Shown here: piece by piece, positions 12,537 through 25,000 of the stretch
Numbering within the stretch: the stretch's first letter is position 1
Layout of the letters: every line of letters starts with the position of its first letter
Assembly (NCBI GenBank): GCA_010909165.1
Contig: VJWM01000220.1
Span: 62,001 to 126,000, forward strand
Length of the DNA stretch: 64,000 bases
From: Anthoceros angustus
Taxonomy: Eukaryota > Plantae > Anthocerotophyta
Direction of reading: 5' to 3'
The notes under the pieces: model-generated
The model's database searches: none
Seen by the model: only the letters and a program-made list of their open reading frames with translations
What the model was told of the DNA's origin: nothing
Position numbers and translations under genes: made by a program

Positions 12537-12981
12537 TATATAGTGCTCATGCTATTGTCCCAATATTTTTGAGATTGGGAGCCAGCGTGTGTTGAAACCC
12601 TCATGCAATATCACGAGATTACTCTTGTATAAAGTAGTAAATGATTGGAACATCATAGAACAAAGTAGACGAGAGTAGGAAGGGAATAGTATGTAGACTA
12701 TTAAATAGCCTATAGGAAGGAATAGTATGTAGACTATTATATAGCCTTTTACTTCATGTGTAATTTTTCACAACCTTTTAGGTCCTTAAATAGTCCAGCT
12801 CACATCTTATCTTGACATAAGTTGGAAAGTCATCAAATAAGTCTCCAACCTTATGTATCTCCTATATGTCCTTTATGTGCATCTCTTTATGTCTTATAAT
12901 CTGCTTTATATATCGCTATTATATATGACATAGTATTGCCACCATTATATATTGCTATCAAATCTATTATGTGCTCAATTA

Positions 12982-14292
12982 AGGAGGAAAAGAACTCAAT
13001 CGAAACTTGATCCGGGTCAAAAATAGATCCGCCCTAAGCGAAACCCCGGGTGTGGGCGCTCCTAAATGGAAGGAACCCACCTTCCCTAGCAATAGAGAAC
13101 ATAGCGTCCGGACGGCATCATGCGCTTCGCCCAGGACGGCGAGAGCCAAGTGTGTCCCAAAGTCATTGAGGAGGGGCCTGCGGCCAAGTTGAAGAGAGCA
13201 AGCTAGAGGATGGACCAAGCCTGGCGAAAATGCATCGCGATGGAAAAAGTTCTTTGATGCGATATGGAGCGCTGAATCTTGGGTCGAGCAGGCGGGAACA
13301 CCCCCTTCCCAGCAAGAGTGGAGCAGGCCGAGTGAGCCTAGGAATGGCGGAATCTCGAGGAGGAGCGCCTTTACTGTCTCTGTTTCTCCGGAGGACGCCT
13401 GAAGCCCCGGTGCCCAACCTCGGAAGCGAGGGAAAAAAGGCATAGCAACCCTTGTCTCGGAGGATAAAGAGTCACAGCTAATCTTAGCAGGCCTACATGG
13501 GAAAAAGTCCCACATTTACGTCATGACAAAGCCTCCAGGATATGTGAATACAAAATTAAGAAAGCGGGAGGACAAGATGGGGGTAGAGAGCCCAGCTCCT
13601 AAGAAAGCCTCTAGCCCAGAGGCCTCCGTGGCCACAAACCAATGCCTCCAAAAGCAACGGAAGGAACGCCTTTTGCCGCAAGATCCCGCCGCACACTCGA
13701 GGTGCGGCCGATGATGTCGCCTAAAACACACATAAGCCACTTGTCGAAATTCCTTAGGCTAGATAAGAATACTGGGAGGGGCAACCGTTGAGAAGGTACC
13801 ACTGGAGTGCAAAACAAAAGGAGAGGATCCCAAATGCCACTTGCGGGTCTCCTAGTTGAGAAAGGTCGTCGATGTGCGCTAAATCCTCGATAAAGTCGCG
13901 TCACATAATCACAGGTGAGGCGGGAGGCCCAATCGGGACACCGCAGAACCCGGCCCGAAGCAATATCCCCCCTCAGGATACCGAAGAAAGGGCACAACGC
14001 CTTGGGAGACCAAACCTTACACTTAATGATTTTAACCTTCAAATCGAGGCGTATAGCTCTAAAAGCAGAAAAAATCAAATGCCACCTTAAACTTGTCTTT
14101 AGCCCGAGGATATGGATATCGCCATAGACGGATACAAACATTCTCTCACCTTGAAGAGTTGAAGACAAAGCCCAAATGCACCATGGCAACAAGAGCACCC
14201 CTAGGGGCCACCTTACCTAGTGCCGTGCCGAGCTCAGCCTGACCCCTTCCACCGAGGGCCATGCGATAATAGAGGTTGGAAGGAGACCCATA
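12982..14292 (-). mobile_element. CRE-like non-LTR retrotransposon fragment (RT C-half, CCHC knuckle, start of RLE)
   Basis: Motif remnants, clearer in the U2 copy: YGSPSNLYY, GTRxGxPLG, DDIHILG, VLGVPIG, AFGGIGL, THLARC..GRRIATHDAVRD, LRADL. TSD tgctcaatta at 12972-12981 and 14293-14302. Confidence 0.8.
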
Positions 14293-15061
14293 TGCTCAAT
14301 TAGAGATGAAGTTTTGGTAGAAGTGCACCATAGCTTTTATGTCTAGAAGTTTGAGCCAGTTCAAAAATTGTAATGGGGGCCTTTTCAAAGATAGGAGTTG
14401 CCTTTGTACCTCTTATTGTTTTCCTTGTACATGGTGTAATGATAATGGCTGGTTAGGTGGGCCTAAAGCCTCTAATTGTTTTCCTTGTACATGGTGTGAT
14501 GGTGACAGTTAACGAGCTAGGTGGGCCTAGAAGCCTCTTGCCTCCAGTTGCCGTGTAGAGTTTTTGAGGTGCCTACTTTGCATTGGTTTTAGTCATATCA
14601 TGCAATAGAGTCCGGTCATTTACATCTCCTATGTTGACCCCTTGTTACATATAAAATAATAACCTGCGTACCTTCTATTTCTCCACCAAGGGCGTTGTGC
14701 TATGAACTATTACCATTAACGAACCGCTCTTTGTCTAGGCTGGAGACTCTCACAATTCTTAGATAGCTGCGAGCAACCCAAGTTCCTCTATTACCCGTTT
14801 CTAACAAATCTTTGCGTAGTTCTTTGATAGCTAGGCAACCCAAGTTCCTCCATTGCCCCTGTTCTAACTAATCTTTGCGTGCATACATGCCTCCCATTAA
14901 ACTATTCCCCATTTAACAGGACTCCTCATGATCTAAAACACTTTTAACACATCGACATGCCTAGTAGCCGCAAGGATTCAAAGGACTTTTAAATAAAATA
15001 ATAAGAATTACTTTTGAGGTTTTAATTAATGGTCGATGAGTTTAGAGTGATTTTGATATAT

Positions 15062-15337
15062 GTCCAAGAGAAGAGTATCGTTATTAATAGGTGAGATGGG
15101 GAATCCATCTACCTGAGGAGGAGGAACAACCCAAAAGGGCTAATAGTAAAGGGGAAGTCCTAGTCCTCGAATGCCTTTCCCATAACTACCCTCACCATGG
15201 ATATCGTGATCGGGGATGATGGAGGCCTACCTATCGGTGTCGAAGAAGCCGCTAGTCCTGGCGCATGTAGCCATCCTATAAACATTAGCGGCGCTTCTGT
15301 GAGCTATGGAAACCCGGCGAAAGAAAGCCACCAGACC
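15062..15337 (-). mobile_element. 5'-truncated CRE-like 3'-end fragment
   Basis: VAFFRRVSIA.QKA matches the RLE tail FFRQRVSIALQR at 63451-63969, and the 3' UTRs are similar. TSD attttgatatat. An empty-site-like sequence is at ~9590. Confidence 0.75.
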
Positions 15338-15643
15338 ATTTTTGATATATTGTATGATGAGTTTAGAGAATGATCTAGATCATAAGGCATCGTGCTTTAA
15401 TTAATGGTCTAATGAGTTTTAGAGTGATGTTTGACATGTTGTATAATGAGTTTAAAGTTCGGGTTCCTTGTAATTGCATGTCGATTTCTCGGTATATATA
15501 ATTAATGTATATATATACCTATATAAGCTTTTAATCGCAGCGATGGCAATAGGTAGGTAATATATAGCGATTGTAATATGTAACCGTGGCGGTGACATTT
15601 TTAAGAGAATCGTGACATTTTGGGATCTGCATCGTGCGGAGGA

Positions 15644-16500
15644 ATGGCGGGTGAAGGAGGCGAATGCACTGCGAACTTGAAGCTGCCAGGCGAGGAGTTG
15701 GAGGAGAACACTACGTGGGTATGGAAACATAAGTCTGTGCGATTAAGGGCACTGGGTGACGGCAGTGAAGGAGCATCGAGTATGAGGAGGAGGTCGAGGC
15801 AGGAAAAAATTTTGTGTCGGTTGGAGGAGGCGAACAAGGGCAATTTAACGGTCTTGGCTACACAAGAGAGGAGAGGTGGGAGCCATATTGAAGGCAGGCG
15901 GGCCACGAACAAGCTTCAACTCATTTACAAAGGCGCTCAGGCGTAAGCGGCGGAGGATTTGTGCCCACACAGGCTCATCCAGGCGGTGGAGGCTCGAGGA
16001 GCGAAACAACTTCTCTTGGCCTTGGAGCGGCAAAAATGGAAGTCTTTTGGCCCAAAAGCTTGAGTGAAGCTTCAAGCGATCCGCAGGAGCGTGGGAGGCG
16101 TGAGCTCAACCATGACAGTCGACCTTCCAAAAGAAAGTGGCATGAGATGGCGGATGTTCTCGTTTGCAAATTTATAGCTCTCTTCATCGCTCTCAAAGGA
16201 GAGTAAGGTTTCTTTGTCCTTGAGCTTGTGCGTCGTGGGAGCATGTCTCTCTTGCGAGGCGCAATGCTTCTTGCATGCGGCGAGGAGAAATTGGAAGCGC
16301 AAGAGAGCAAGGGCAAGGGATGACGTTTGCAGAGATGGATGGACTCAACTCTTTTTTGGCCATATGGCGGAGGCTGGAGAAGCGTAAGGAAATCGGCGAA
16401 GAAAGGTGACACTGCTGGAGGAACGGGAGGTAGGTGTCGGTGCCAAAGTGGGGAGCTTGGAGGACAACGCCAAGCTGCCAGAGACAGGCAGACGGCTTAG
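15644..16500 (+). pseudogene. Paralogue P5 (two helical modules and coiled coil, RING lost)
   Basis: Start ggaATGGCGGGTGAAG, then ANLKLLSDEELEE and NKLQLIYKER (clearest in the U2 copies). Runs into the family 3' flank without a RING. Confidence 0.75.
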
Positions 16501-17115
16501 CCTTAGCGGGAATCGAATGACCTGGGGGCAGAGCAGGAGAAAATCTGAAACTCCGCCAGCATCTCTGCGAAAATGGGACGACACCAGTAAGGGAAGAGCT
16601 AAGCAACAAGGGAGAGAAGATTTTTAACGTTGTAGGCCTGCTTCCCCTCTCCAGCTAGTCTAGGTACACAGGTTTTGTATCAGAAAGGAGAGCTGGTTGA
16701 TCAAGGTAGCCAGGTTTGCTGACATTGGACCTGTTGTATGATTAATTCTTTGCATACATGTCTCCGGGCTTTGAATAGCTGTAGGACCTTGCCTTGAATG
16801 TGGCGGTGTGAAGGCACATGGATTTCAGGCGTAGAACAAAAGTGTATGAAAAGTGAACAACGACAATGTTTGAAGAGCATATAAAAGTAGTTATTAAACT
16901 GAATCTAAGATGCCTATTCATATCATAGTAACTTAAGTAATGATTAAAGTATAATCTTCAAACGTGCCTAACTAGGGCTCTAATAGCCATAACCTCTACA
17001 CTCCCACTCACGCTTTGAAGCAACATGAATGAGACTAACAATCTAACACGTCCAGTTCACTCTTGATAAGAACATAAATGTATAGCAAGTTAGCGATATG
17101 CGGAAGAGCTCCCAC

Positions 17116-20100
17116 TTAAGATGAACCATTTGATAAGTCCACAAGGCCTAAAGCGTAAGAGAAAATCGGTGCTTGGCCTTGGATAAACCTTTGTAAATAT
17201 CGGTTCTCCTCTTGGGATGTACTCAATAGTTACACGATGCTCTAGCGTCTAATAAAATGATGATAAACGCCTATATGCTTAGTCCGAGCATGGTACTTGG
17301 CATTCTTGGTTAAAGCTATTGCCGACATATTGTCGCAATGCAACAAGGTAGGTGAGTCCGAGCTTGATCCATCTCCGCTAATAAGGACCTTCTAGAATGC
17401 TTCCTTGCCCGCAAGTGTTAAGGAAGCATACTCACTCGCTTGAGCTAAGAGACACACTCGAGAGAGTCCCAATGTCCTTCATCTTGTACTTGGAACTAAG
17501 AGTGGTCTTCACTGTTGATAATAACTCCGGCTATTAGTAGCAATTATGATGTCGTCCACATATAAAGCAATAATAACCAGCTTTCCATCTTTGCGTAGGA
17601 AATATACATTCTCATCAATTACAACGAACAAAGCCAATCTCGATAAGGGTACCATCAATATCAGCATACCACTTCAAAGGAGATTGCTTGAGTCCATAAA
17701 TACACCTTAAGAGTCTACAAACTAAGTCCTTTGTTTTAGGATCTATAAACCCTTGAGTTGTTCCATGTAAATCAGCTCCTCTAATTTACCATATAGAAAA
17801 GCCGTTGTAACATCCATTTGTAAGTCTAAATCTAACTCAATGCTAATGCTAACAAGTATCTTATAGTCGCAACTTAACTACAGTGAAAATGTTTCATGAT
17901 AATCAACAGAACTTGGCTATACCCCTTTGCACACAAACGTGCCTTGTAACGCTTCTACACTACCATCCGCTTTCAATTTAATAAATACCACTTACATTGT
18001 ATAGGCTTTCTACCATAAGGAAGCTTAACTAATTCCCAAGTATTATTTTCTATTAGACTATTATACTCGGTGAATAGCTGCCTCCCACTTCTCCTTGTCG
18101 TCCGACAAAGCCTCTTCACGTGTAGCGTTCAATAAGATCTGGCTGCTATGTAAGCTTGGACTAAAGAGGCATGTCCGGAAGTTAAAATATTGACATCTAA
18201 ACTAGGATCATTTTCTAATTAGGTAAAGGCAACTAAAGAATTATTGTTTTGGGTGTTTGAAATGGGTGGTGCAAAGAGGGCAAGCGGGCTCCGAGGATGG
18301 ATTGGGGCACATATTCTGTGCAAGGAGGAGGTCGCGTGATGACGGATGTGCGCCAGTGCATGAGGCGCTTCCCTCCGTCTTTGTGCACCTTCAAGGTGAT
18401 ACTGGCTCAAGCCAGCTGGTGGTCCGCGTCCTTGTGGATCGACGCATGACGCCGCAGCGCGGAGGAGGAAGATGCTCGTGCATCCGACCAGCGCTGAATT
18501 CCACGATGTCGCCAAATCGTGAGGATCAGCCGCTGCGGATGTGTGGGATTGCGCAGTGCGGGGATTGTAGGGCTGGTTGAGCAGCAGGGAGGTCAGGGAT
18601 CGAGGAGAGGTGCGGGCATGGAGTGGGTATCCGAATGGGCGGCCCTTGCAGTGTGTGCGGTATGCGCTCCCATGATCCTCGGACTCCCACTCAGACGGCT
18701 GTTGGTCAGAATCGCTCCCACTCACATCTGCAAGGTCAGAATCCAAAGGAATTGCAACCTTGCCTGGATCTGCTAGTTCAGACGTTGCAGGATGGTCCAT
18801 TTCTCTCCCTCTGCGGCTGTCCAGCAGAAATTGCTCGTCAATAATCACACTCCTTGAATAAGTGACCCGCTGAGTCTCGGGGTTCACCAGCTTATATCCC
18901 TTGAGTCCTTCAAGATAGCCCCAAAGCATCTTGCTGGCCTTGTCGTCAAGCTTGAAGTTGTTTTGGGAATGTGTGCATGCGTGCCTTGAAAATACGAAGA
19001 TGCAGTTGGGTTTCGACCGGACCAGCCCTCATAAGGAGTGACACCGATGTGAGAAGTTGGAAGTCGGTTCTTGATGTAAGTCGCCGTTGAAAATAGCCGC
19101 CCTATTTGTGAGACGGTCCATGTTCAGCGCTCGAGCGGCTTCAACAAGCCATTGATGATGCTCGGCCACGCCGTTTGAGCTTGAGAATAAGGTACACTTC
19201 TGCGCATGATTATGCCTCGGGGTTGCAGATGTGCAAAGGCACCAGCTAACTCCCTCCACCATCATGCCTGACTTTCAGCTTGACATTAAGTTGTCGTTGA
19301 CCATGTTAATATACTCAAGAAATCATCCAGCCACTTATGCCGAGAAAATATGTGTGAGTCATTGGTGGCCGTCCACAATAGGCATGAAATAAGGACTGAT
19401 TAAAAGAAGCGGCATAGGACCACATAGGTCTGTGGACCAGATTCTAATGGATAGTTGCTCGTGTTGCGGGACCAAGAGGATAGGGGGCTACGGCTCTTGG
19501 CATACACACATGATTCACAAAATGGCAAAGGAGACAACCGAGGTAGGGATTACAGTCTGATTGCTTTTGGCTGAGAGTTACCAACTTACGTGAGTTAACA
19601 TGTGCTAGCCTATGGTGCCATATGCAGTTGCTTAGGCTGAGTTAAATTGGCAATGTTGGTAGCAGTGTTGGGGATGATCTATCCTGTATGGGTCATTGAA
19701 GGTCGACCAATGCGAGACATGACACACTAGGAGGACTAACTGTCCTGGATCATGCAGTGTCTCAGCAAAATGAACGTTGTACTCATTTGATATTGTAAGT
19801 CTACGAATCGAAACTAAGTTCTTTGACATTTGTGGGACATGGTAAACATCCTCTAACTTCTCCCTCGAGGACAACGACAAGTGCCTCTTCCTTGTACAAG
19901 GCCACTATCATCACCCAGCAATATGAAACCACCGGTTCACAAGGATGGTAAGCAAAAGAAGGACCTTGTGTGGCAAATATGAGATGAAGCACCACTATCA
20001 ATGTACCAATTGTGGGTATCATTCTTGGAGGTAACCAAATATACTGCTAAGAGTACTTGTGATTTTTGTACAATGTTTGTTGAAGGTGGTAATCCTCTCC

Positions 20101-20899
20101 TAGGCTCTCCACTTTTTCTTACACTCTTTTTCGTAATGGCCTTCTACTTGGCACCAATGGGAGGCTCCTTTCCTCCTTGGTGCTGATGATAAAGATGGCC
20201 TGTTGTTGTAAGGAGGACGGCCTCGTCCCGTCCTCTCTCTCCCTCCTCGAACCACAAAGAGAGCTCGACCTTGGGGTAGCATTTGATGTGCCACCGCCAC
20301 GTGTGGCTTCTTCCTCTATGAGAGCCCCAATTACTCAAGTGGTGAAATCAACCTTGCCCCTTTGGCTGCAAGTTGTGCTTGTTTTATGACTCCATTTTGT
20401 GTGCCTTGAAGGTACGATAAGCGCCGGAAGAGAACTCAGCAAGGCTATGGCTGAGCCTCACCAACGCCGTCCCACAAGATGCCAATCGAGCCCGTGCTGC
20501 TCGAACTTCTTTATGTGTTCGGAAAGCTTCACTTTCACCCATGCATTTGGTAAAATGCCTTTGTTGCATTTATTACACTCATTGCATCTACCGTCGTAGA
20601 GTTGGTTCGAGTTGGTCCATCTGTGCTTCTGACCCATCACGTGATGAAAGTGGTCCTATCAAGTCCGGATAAGATCACATTTCTTGCTTTTCTATCGGTC
20701 TTCTCCCATGCCTTAAAATCCACGCGATCGGATTTGTTCCTATGTAGAGTTTGGGATAAGTGCCATCAATGTCCATGGGTCATTGTCCTCAAGAATGGAT
20801 CATACATGGACCAAATGTAATCGATCCCGAGAATCATTTTTCCTTAAAATCAATCTTAATTGTATTGTTGATTGTTGTTGTGGAGTTATTTGAGGCCAT
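17116..20899 (-). pseudogene. Copia A gag-pol (many indels, deletion between RT and RNase H near 17455)
   Basis: Gag MASNNSTTTINNTIKIDFKE, IN GYLEGLKGYKL, RT MDVTTAFLYG and LYVDD, RH CDNMSAIAL..YHARTKHI. Confidence 0.85.
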
Positions 20900-20991
20900 G
20901 TTTGAGGGTGGAGAAACATTTGTTGGAGGATATTTGATGTGTTTGTACGTTCTGTGTGGGGGTGACCACATCCAGGATTTCTAACCAAATC

Positions 20992-21492
20992 CTAATCAGA
21001 CTCTAGACCTGACAACTCACTAACAGCAAGATTGGACAGCATGTTATCCATACACTGGATATTTGGTAAATTCCCATCTGTAGCTATTTTGACCTTTCTA
21101 TTCTGCACTGCCTTATGATTCAATCTTAAACGTTGTGAGACCTTTTGATCTAAATAGTGTAATGCCCTGTGCAGGTTGGTTATTTCTGATTGCCTTTGAG
21201 TGATCAACTTAATTAAGTTGGAAGCTGCTAGACGGTGACACTTCTCAAAGTTTTGAAGAAAAGCCCAAATCTGGAGTTGACGGGATTCTATGGCCTCTAT
21301 CTGTAATTCAAAGGCTCGTGTGGATTGATAACTAGTTTGTCTAGTCTTGATGGTGGATTCCAATCTTGGAATACATCTCGCAATGTCTAGGTGTAGGTCT
21401 GTAAATTTGTTGTACCCGATGAGGGTTTCTTTGGCTGATGGTAGGTAATCTTCAATTATGTGCCCGAAAATGCCTAGCCATTTTGCTAGCAT
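20992..21492 (-). CDS. Extra 5' ORF of Copia A (166 aa, predicted coiled coil), between PBS and gag
   Basis: ATG about 40 nt after the PBS, uninterrupted, sense to gag. Heptad-like segments (FELQIEAIESRQL, LHRALHYLDQKVSQ). Confidence 0.6.
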   Translation of the reverse strand: MLAKWLGIFGHIIEDYLPSAKETLIGYNKFTDLHLDIARCIPRLESTIKTRQTSYQSTRAFELQIEAIESRQLQIWAFLQNFEKCHRLAASNLIKLITQRQSEITNLHRALHYLDQKVSQRLRLNHKAVQNRKVKIATDGNLPNIQCMDNMLSNLAVSELSGLESD

Positions 21493-21749
21493 TTGAACAA
21501 CATGCTACAAATTGACATCGAGATTGTATGGCTCGATACCATGTGAAGGCACATGGATTTCACGGAAGCGTAGAACAAAAAAGTGCCGCCAGCCCAGTTT
21601 GTCACACATCATCTAATGTCTCGGTTATCGCTGAAATTCGAGACATTTGTAGGTAGTACCGTGTAGGCTACAAGAGTTCGGAGTTACATCGTAGTTGCCA
21701 ACGAGGTTATCTAACGATCCTCTCTACGATCAGCTTCCCAGTGCAAAGC

Positions 21750-22030
21750 ACCGATGATTGCAAAGGCCTTGAACTCAAGCAAGAGGCCACAATCAGCGCT
21801 TCAGCTCCATTCGCCACTTTGCAAAGCCCTTCCCGAGTGTACCTGCAATAGGAGACCTCCATGTCACCACATCCTCATGCACGACCCAGTGAAAACGCGC
21901 GTGCATCTTCCATTTCCGAATTTGGCATACGAGGCGATTTAACCACTATTTTCCCTTGCACTCTTTCCACAAGATGTGAGTGCAGCGGCCCGCCCACCTA
22001 CGCTTAGAGTGCATGCACGGACCTTCGACG
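21750..22030 (-). pseudogene. PLS-type PPR remnant convergent with P5
   Basis: The cleaner U2 copy (47940-48215) reads LVNMYAKFGEMEDARGVF..KDVVTWRSPIAGYTQEG. Confidence 0.7.
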
Positions 22031-22042
22031 GCAAGCTCATGT

Positions 22043-25000
22043 TGTGTGTTACGCGTTTACGTGAAGCTCGTTTCTCCTTTTGTTTAGGGGCCTATATGCA
22101 GACGTGACTCTTCGCTCTTGTGTAATGCCTTTCAGCTCATAATGAAACACACTACTCGTTGTTCTTCTCGTGTCGTGTGGTCTAGATCGCTTTGGTTCAT
22201 GGTATCGAGCATACATCCTAGAGCATGCCAGAATACATTACAAGATCGGACTAGACTCTGTCGATACAAAAACTCAATGGATAGAACACAAAATTCTCAT
22301 CCGGAATGCTCGAGAAATTCGGACATTCTACTCAACATAGAAAATGGAAATTCGACATTCTAGTCAACATTGATCATAAACTTCCAAACATAAACATCTT
22401 GGTGATCTAGCCCAATGGCTAATCAACCACAGCCGTTCTAGGGCATATCAGTTGATAAGCTAACTAGTGTCAATTATCACACATGGGCAGCCGGGCTAGA
22501 AAATGCTCTTATTAAGAAATTCCCTATGGCCTATCAGGCTCAAAAGCCAGCAGGTCATGCTGACCTACCGCTTGGCAACTCAAAGATGCACAAGCCCATT
22601 CCGACATACTCCTGCATGTAGGAGATAGATTAATCCCTATAATCAAAAGACTAACCACATCAAAACAAATGTGGGATAAACTGGCATCTACCTATGTAGA
22701 AAGCAGCATGGCCTTTAAGTTGCACGCCCAGGAACAACTATCATCCCTAAAATTGGCAGAAGGAAATTCAGTCCTAGATTTTCTAGAGACATGGTAAGGG
22801 TCCTTAGATTCTTGCATATCCTCAGGTCTAACACTAGACGATGAAACACAAGTGATGCACCTTTTGAGAGCTTTACCTCCTTCGTGGGGAAACTTCATCA
22901 CTGCACAAACCAGTAGTGTAATAGCTAATAATCCTTTAACCTTAACTACACTCATCAGTAGGATTATGCATGAGACTAGACTGAGACAAGGTAACACTAT
23001 TTCCAGCACCCCTGGGAATACTACCTCCGCTCTCTTTGCAAGTGGTAGGAAACTGGAATCAAACTAGTAAACCCTCTACTTCTACTTGGAGGAACTCACC
23101 GTCCTCCTCCTAATAATCCTGCGCATAAGAACAAGACATGTCACTATTGTCAAAAACTAGGTCACATAGCAATGTAGGAAAAAGCGGACAAAGCTGCAGG
23201 ATTCACAACCCTAATTCAGCACCAGCCTCGATTAACCGCACAAGCGGACAAGACCCTTCCTACGTCTTCACCGCCTGCAGAAACTTGGATTCTAAACATC
23301 CTTCTCAAGACACCCTTGTGGTGGAACAGCACATGTCACCTAGGAGGGATTGGTTTTCCAAGATACCTCTTTGCCTCCTCAACTGTCTACATGGGAGATA
23401 GCTCTCACACATGGCTGTTGGTAAGGGAGTGGTAAAAGTGCAGCTTCAAAATCATGTAGCCTTCATAAAAGGCGTCACCTGCGTTCCGACACACAACTTG
23501 TCGCCGATTCAAGCTACTAGATCTCCAAACAGCAAGATTACCTTCACACATAAAGGTTGTCGATCTCCTTTAGACTCGCCTCCGGCGATTAGTGCAATTA
23601 TTTTATCCTCAAAGTGGCAAGTTGTTTTATGTGGCTTGGGCATCCCGCCCGAGTCACTAGGTTCAACAACCACCACACGCAGTTTAGTAACTACGGATGC
23701 TACAACTACCTTATGGCACTTACGCTTAGCCCACTTACATCCGGGGCATGCGTGATGTCCACAAAAATCTGGTTTTAGGGTTACCTCCTAAGTTAGGAGC
23801 TTTACCTCTATGTCCCGGGTCATGTCGTGGGCAAGCACGCCACCAGCCTTATCCAAGATCCCATACCAAAACATCCGTGTCCTTGAGTTGGTACATGCGA
23901 CCTTTGCGGACCGATGCGACAGACAACTTTGTCGAGCAAATTATACATGTTTGTCTTGCTAGATGATTTCGATCGACACACAACTTGTCGCCGCCACGCA
24001 AGCTACTAGATCTCCAAACAGCAAGATTACCTTCACACATAAAGGTTGTCGATCTCCTTTAGACTCGCCTCGCTTAGTGCAATTATTTTATCCTCAAAGT
24101 GGCAAGTTGTTTTATGTGGCTTGGGCATCCCGCCCGAGTCACTAGGTTCAACAACCACCACACACGCTTTAGTAACTGGATGCTACAACTACCTTATGGC
24201 ACTTACGCTTAGCCCACTTACATCCGGGGCATGCGCGGATGTCCACAAAAATCTGGTTTTAGGGTTACCTCCTAAGTTAGGAGCTTTACCTCTATGTCCC
24301 AGTGTCGAGGCAAGCACGCCACTTTATCCAAGATCCCATACCATCCCGTGTCCTTGAGTTGGTACATGCCGACCTTTGGACCGATGCATGAACTTTGTCG
24401 TGCAATTATACATGTTTGTCTTGCTAGATGATTTCGATCCTTTGGACACACCTTTATTTCCTCAAATACAAACCCGAGGCATTTCCCTGTTTCAAGACGT
24501 TCCAAGCTTATGCAGAGAACCATACTGGACAGAAGATCAAGATTTTTCATACTGACAATGCAGGAGAACTTACCACACCAATTTTTGAGGGACATCTCCT
24601 CTCACACGGGATCCAACACCAAAAGATCGTCCCATATTCACACCAACAATTGGGAAAGGCTGAGTGCCGCCATCGCTCCATAATGGACGGTGTCCGCAGC
24701 TCTCGCACCGCTAGCCTCCCAAATTATCTGTGGGCGAGGCTGCGCTTGCGTTTATATGTTCAAAATCGTTGTGGCACTTCCACGATTGAAGACAAGACAC
24801 CTTATGAAATCGGAAGGCGGAAAACGTCGACCATCTTAGGATTTTTGGCCCACAAATATGTTCCCGAAATGCAAGAAATTGGACCCTCGATCCATCCCAC
24901 TTACCTTTGTCGGATATGGCGAAGACGGTGTGAAAGGTTACCGGCTCTGCCACAACGCTTTAGTAACTGGATGCTACAACTACCTTATGGCACTTACGCT

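Larger units (their letters stand above)
16807..21585 (-). mobile_element. Ty1/Copia LTR retrotransposon A (U1 only)
   Basis: 3' LTR 16807-17000 (TG..CA), PPT 17001-17010, PBS tggtatc(a)gagc 21531-21541, 5' LTR remnant 21542-21585. Domain order gag-PR-IN-RT-RH. Empty site at ~47740 in U2. Confidence 0.92.

Noticed and set aside
12675-14880. Short two-copy tandem repeats (e.g. ~12675-12745, 14410-14540, 14775-14880; also 823-920, 7057-7103, 61720-61800)
   Set aside because: Ordinary local slippage duplications with no sign of function.
3679-16500. Endogenous giant-virus origin of the intronless RING cluster
   Set aside because: No viral hallmark genes are present; the neighbours are PPR debris, plant TEs and a host splicing gene.
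22200-22414. Extra 5' ORF in Copia B
   Set aside because: Only ~210 bp with no clean ATG-initiated frame in an error-rich region. The WIEHKI resemblance to LEHKI in the C ORF is too weak.
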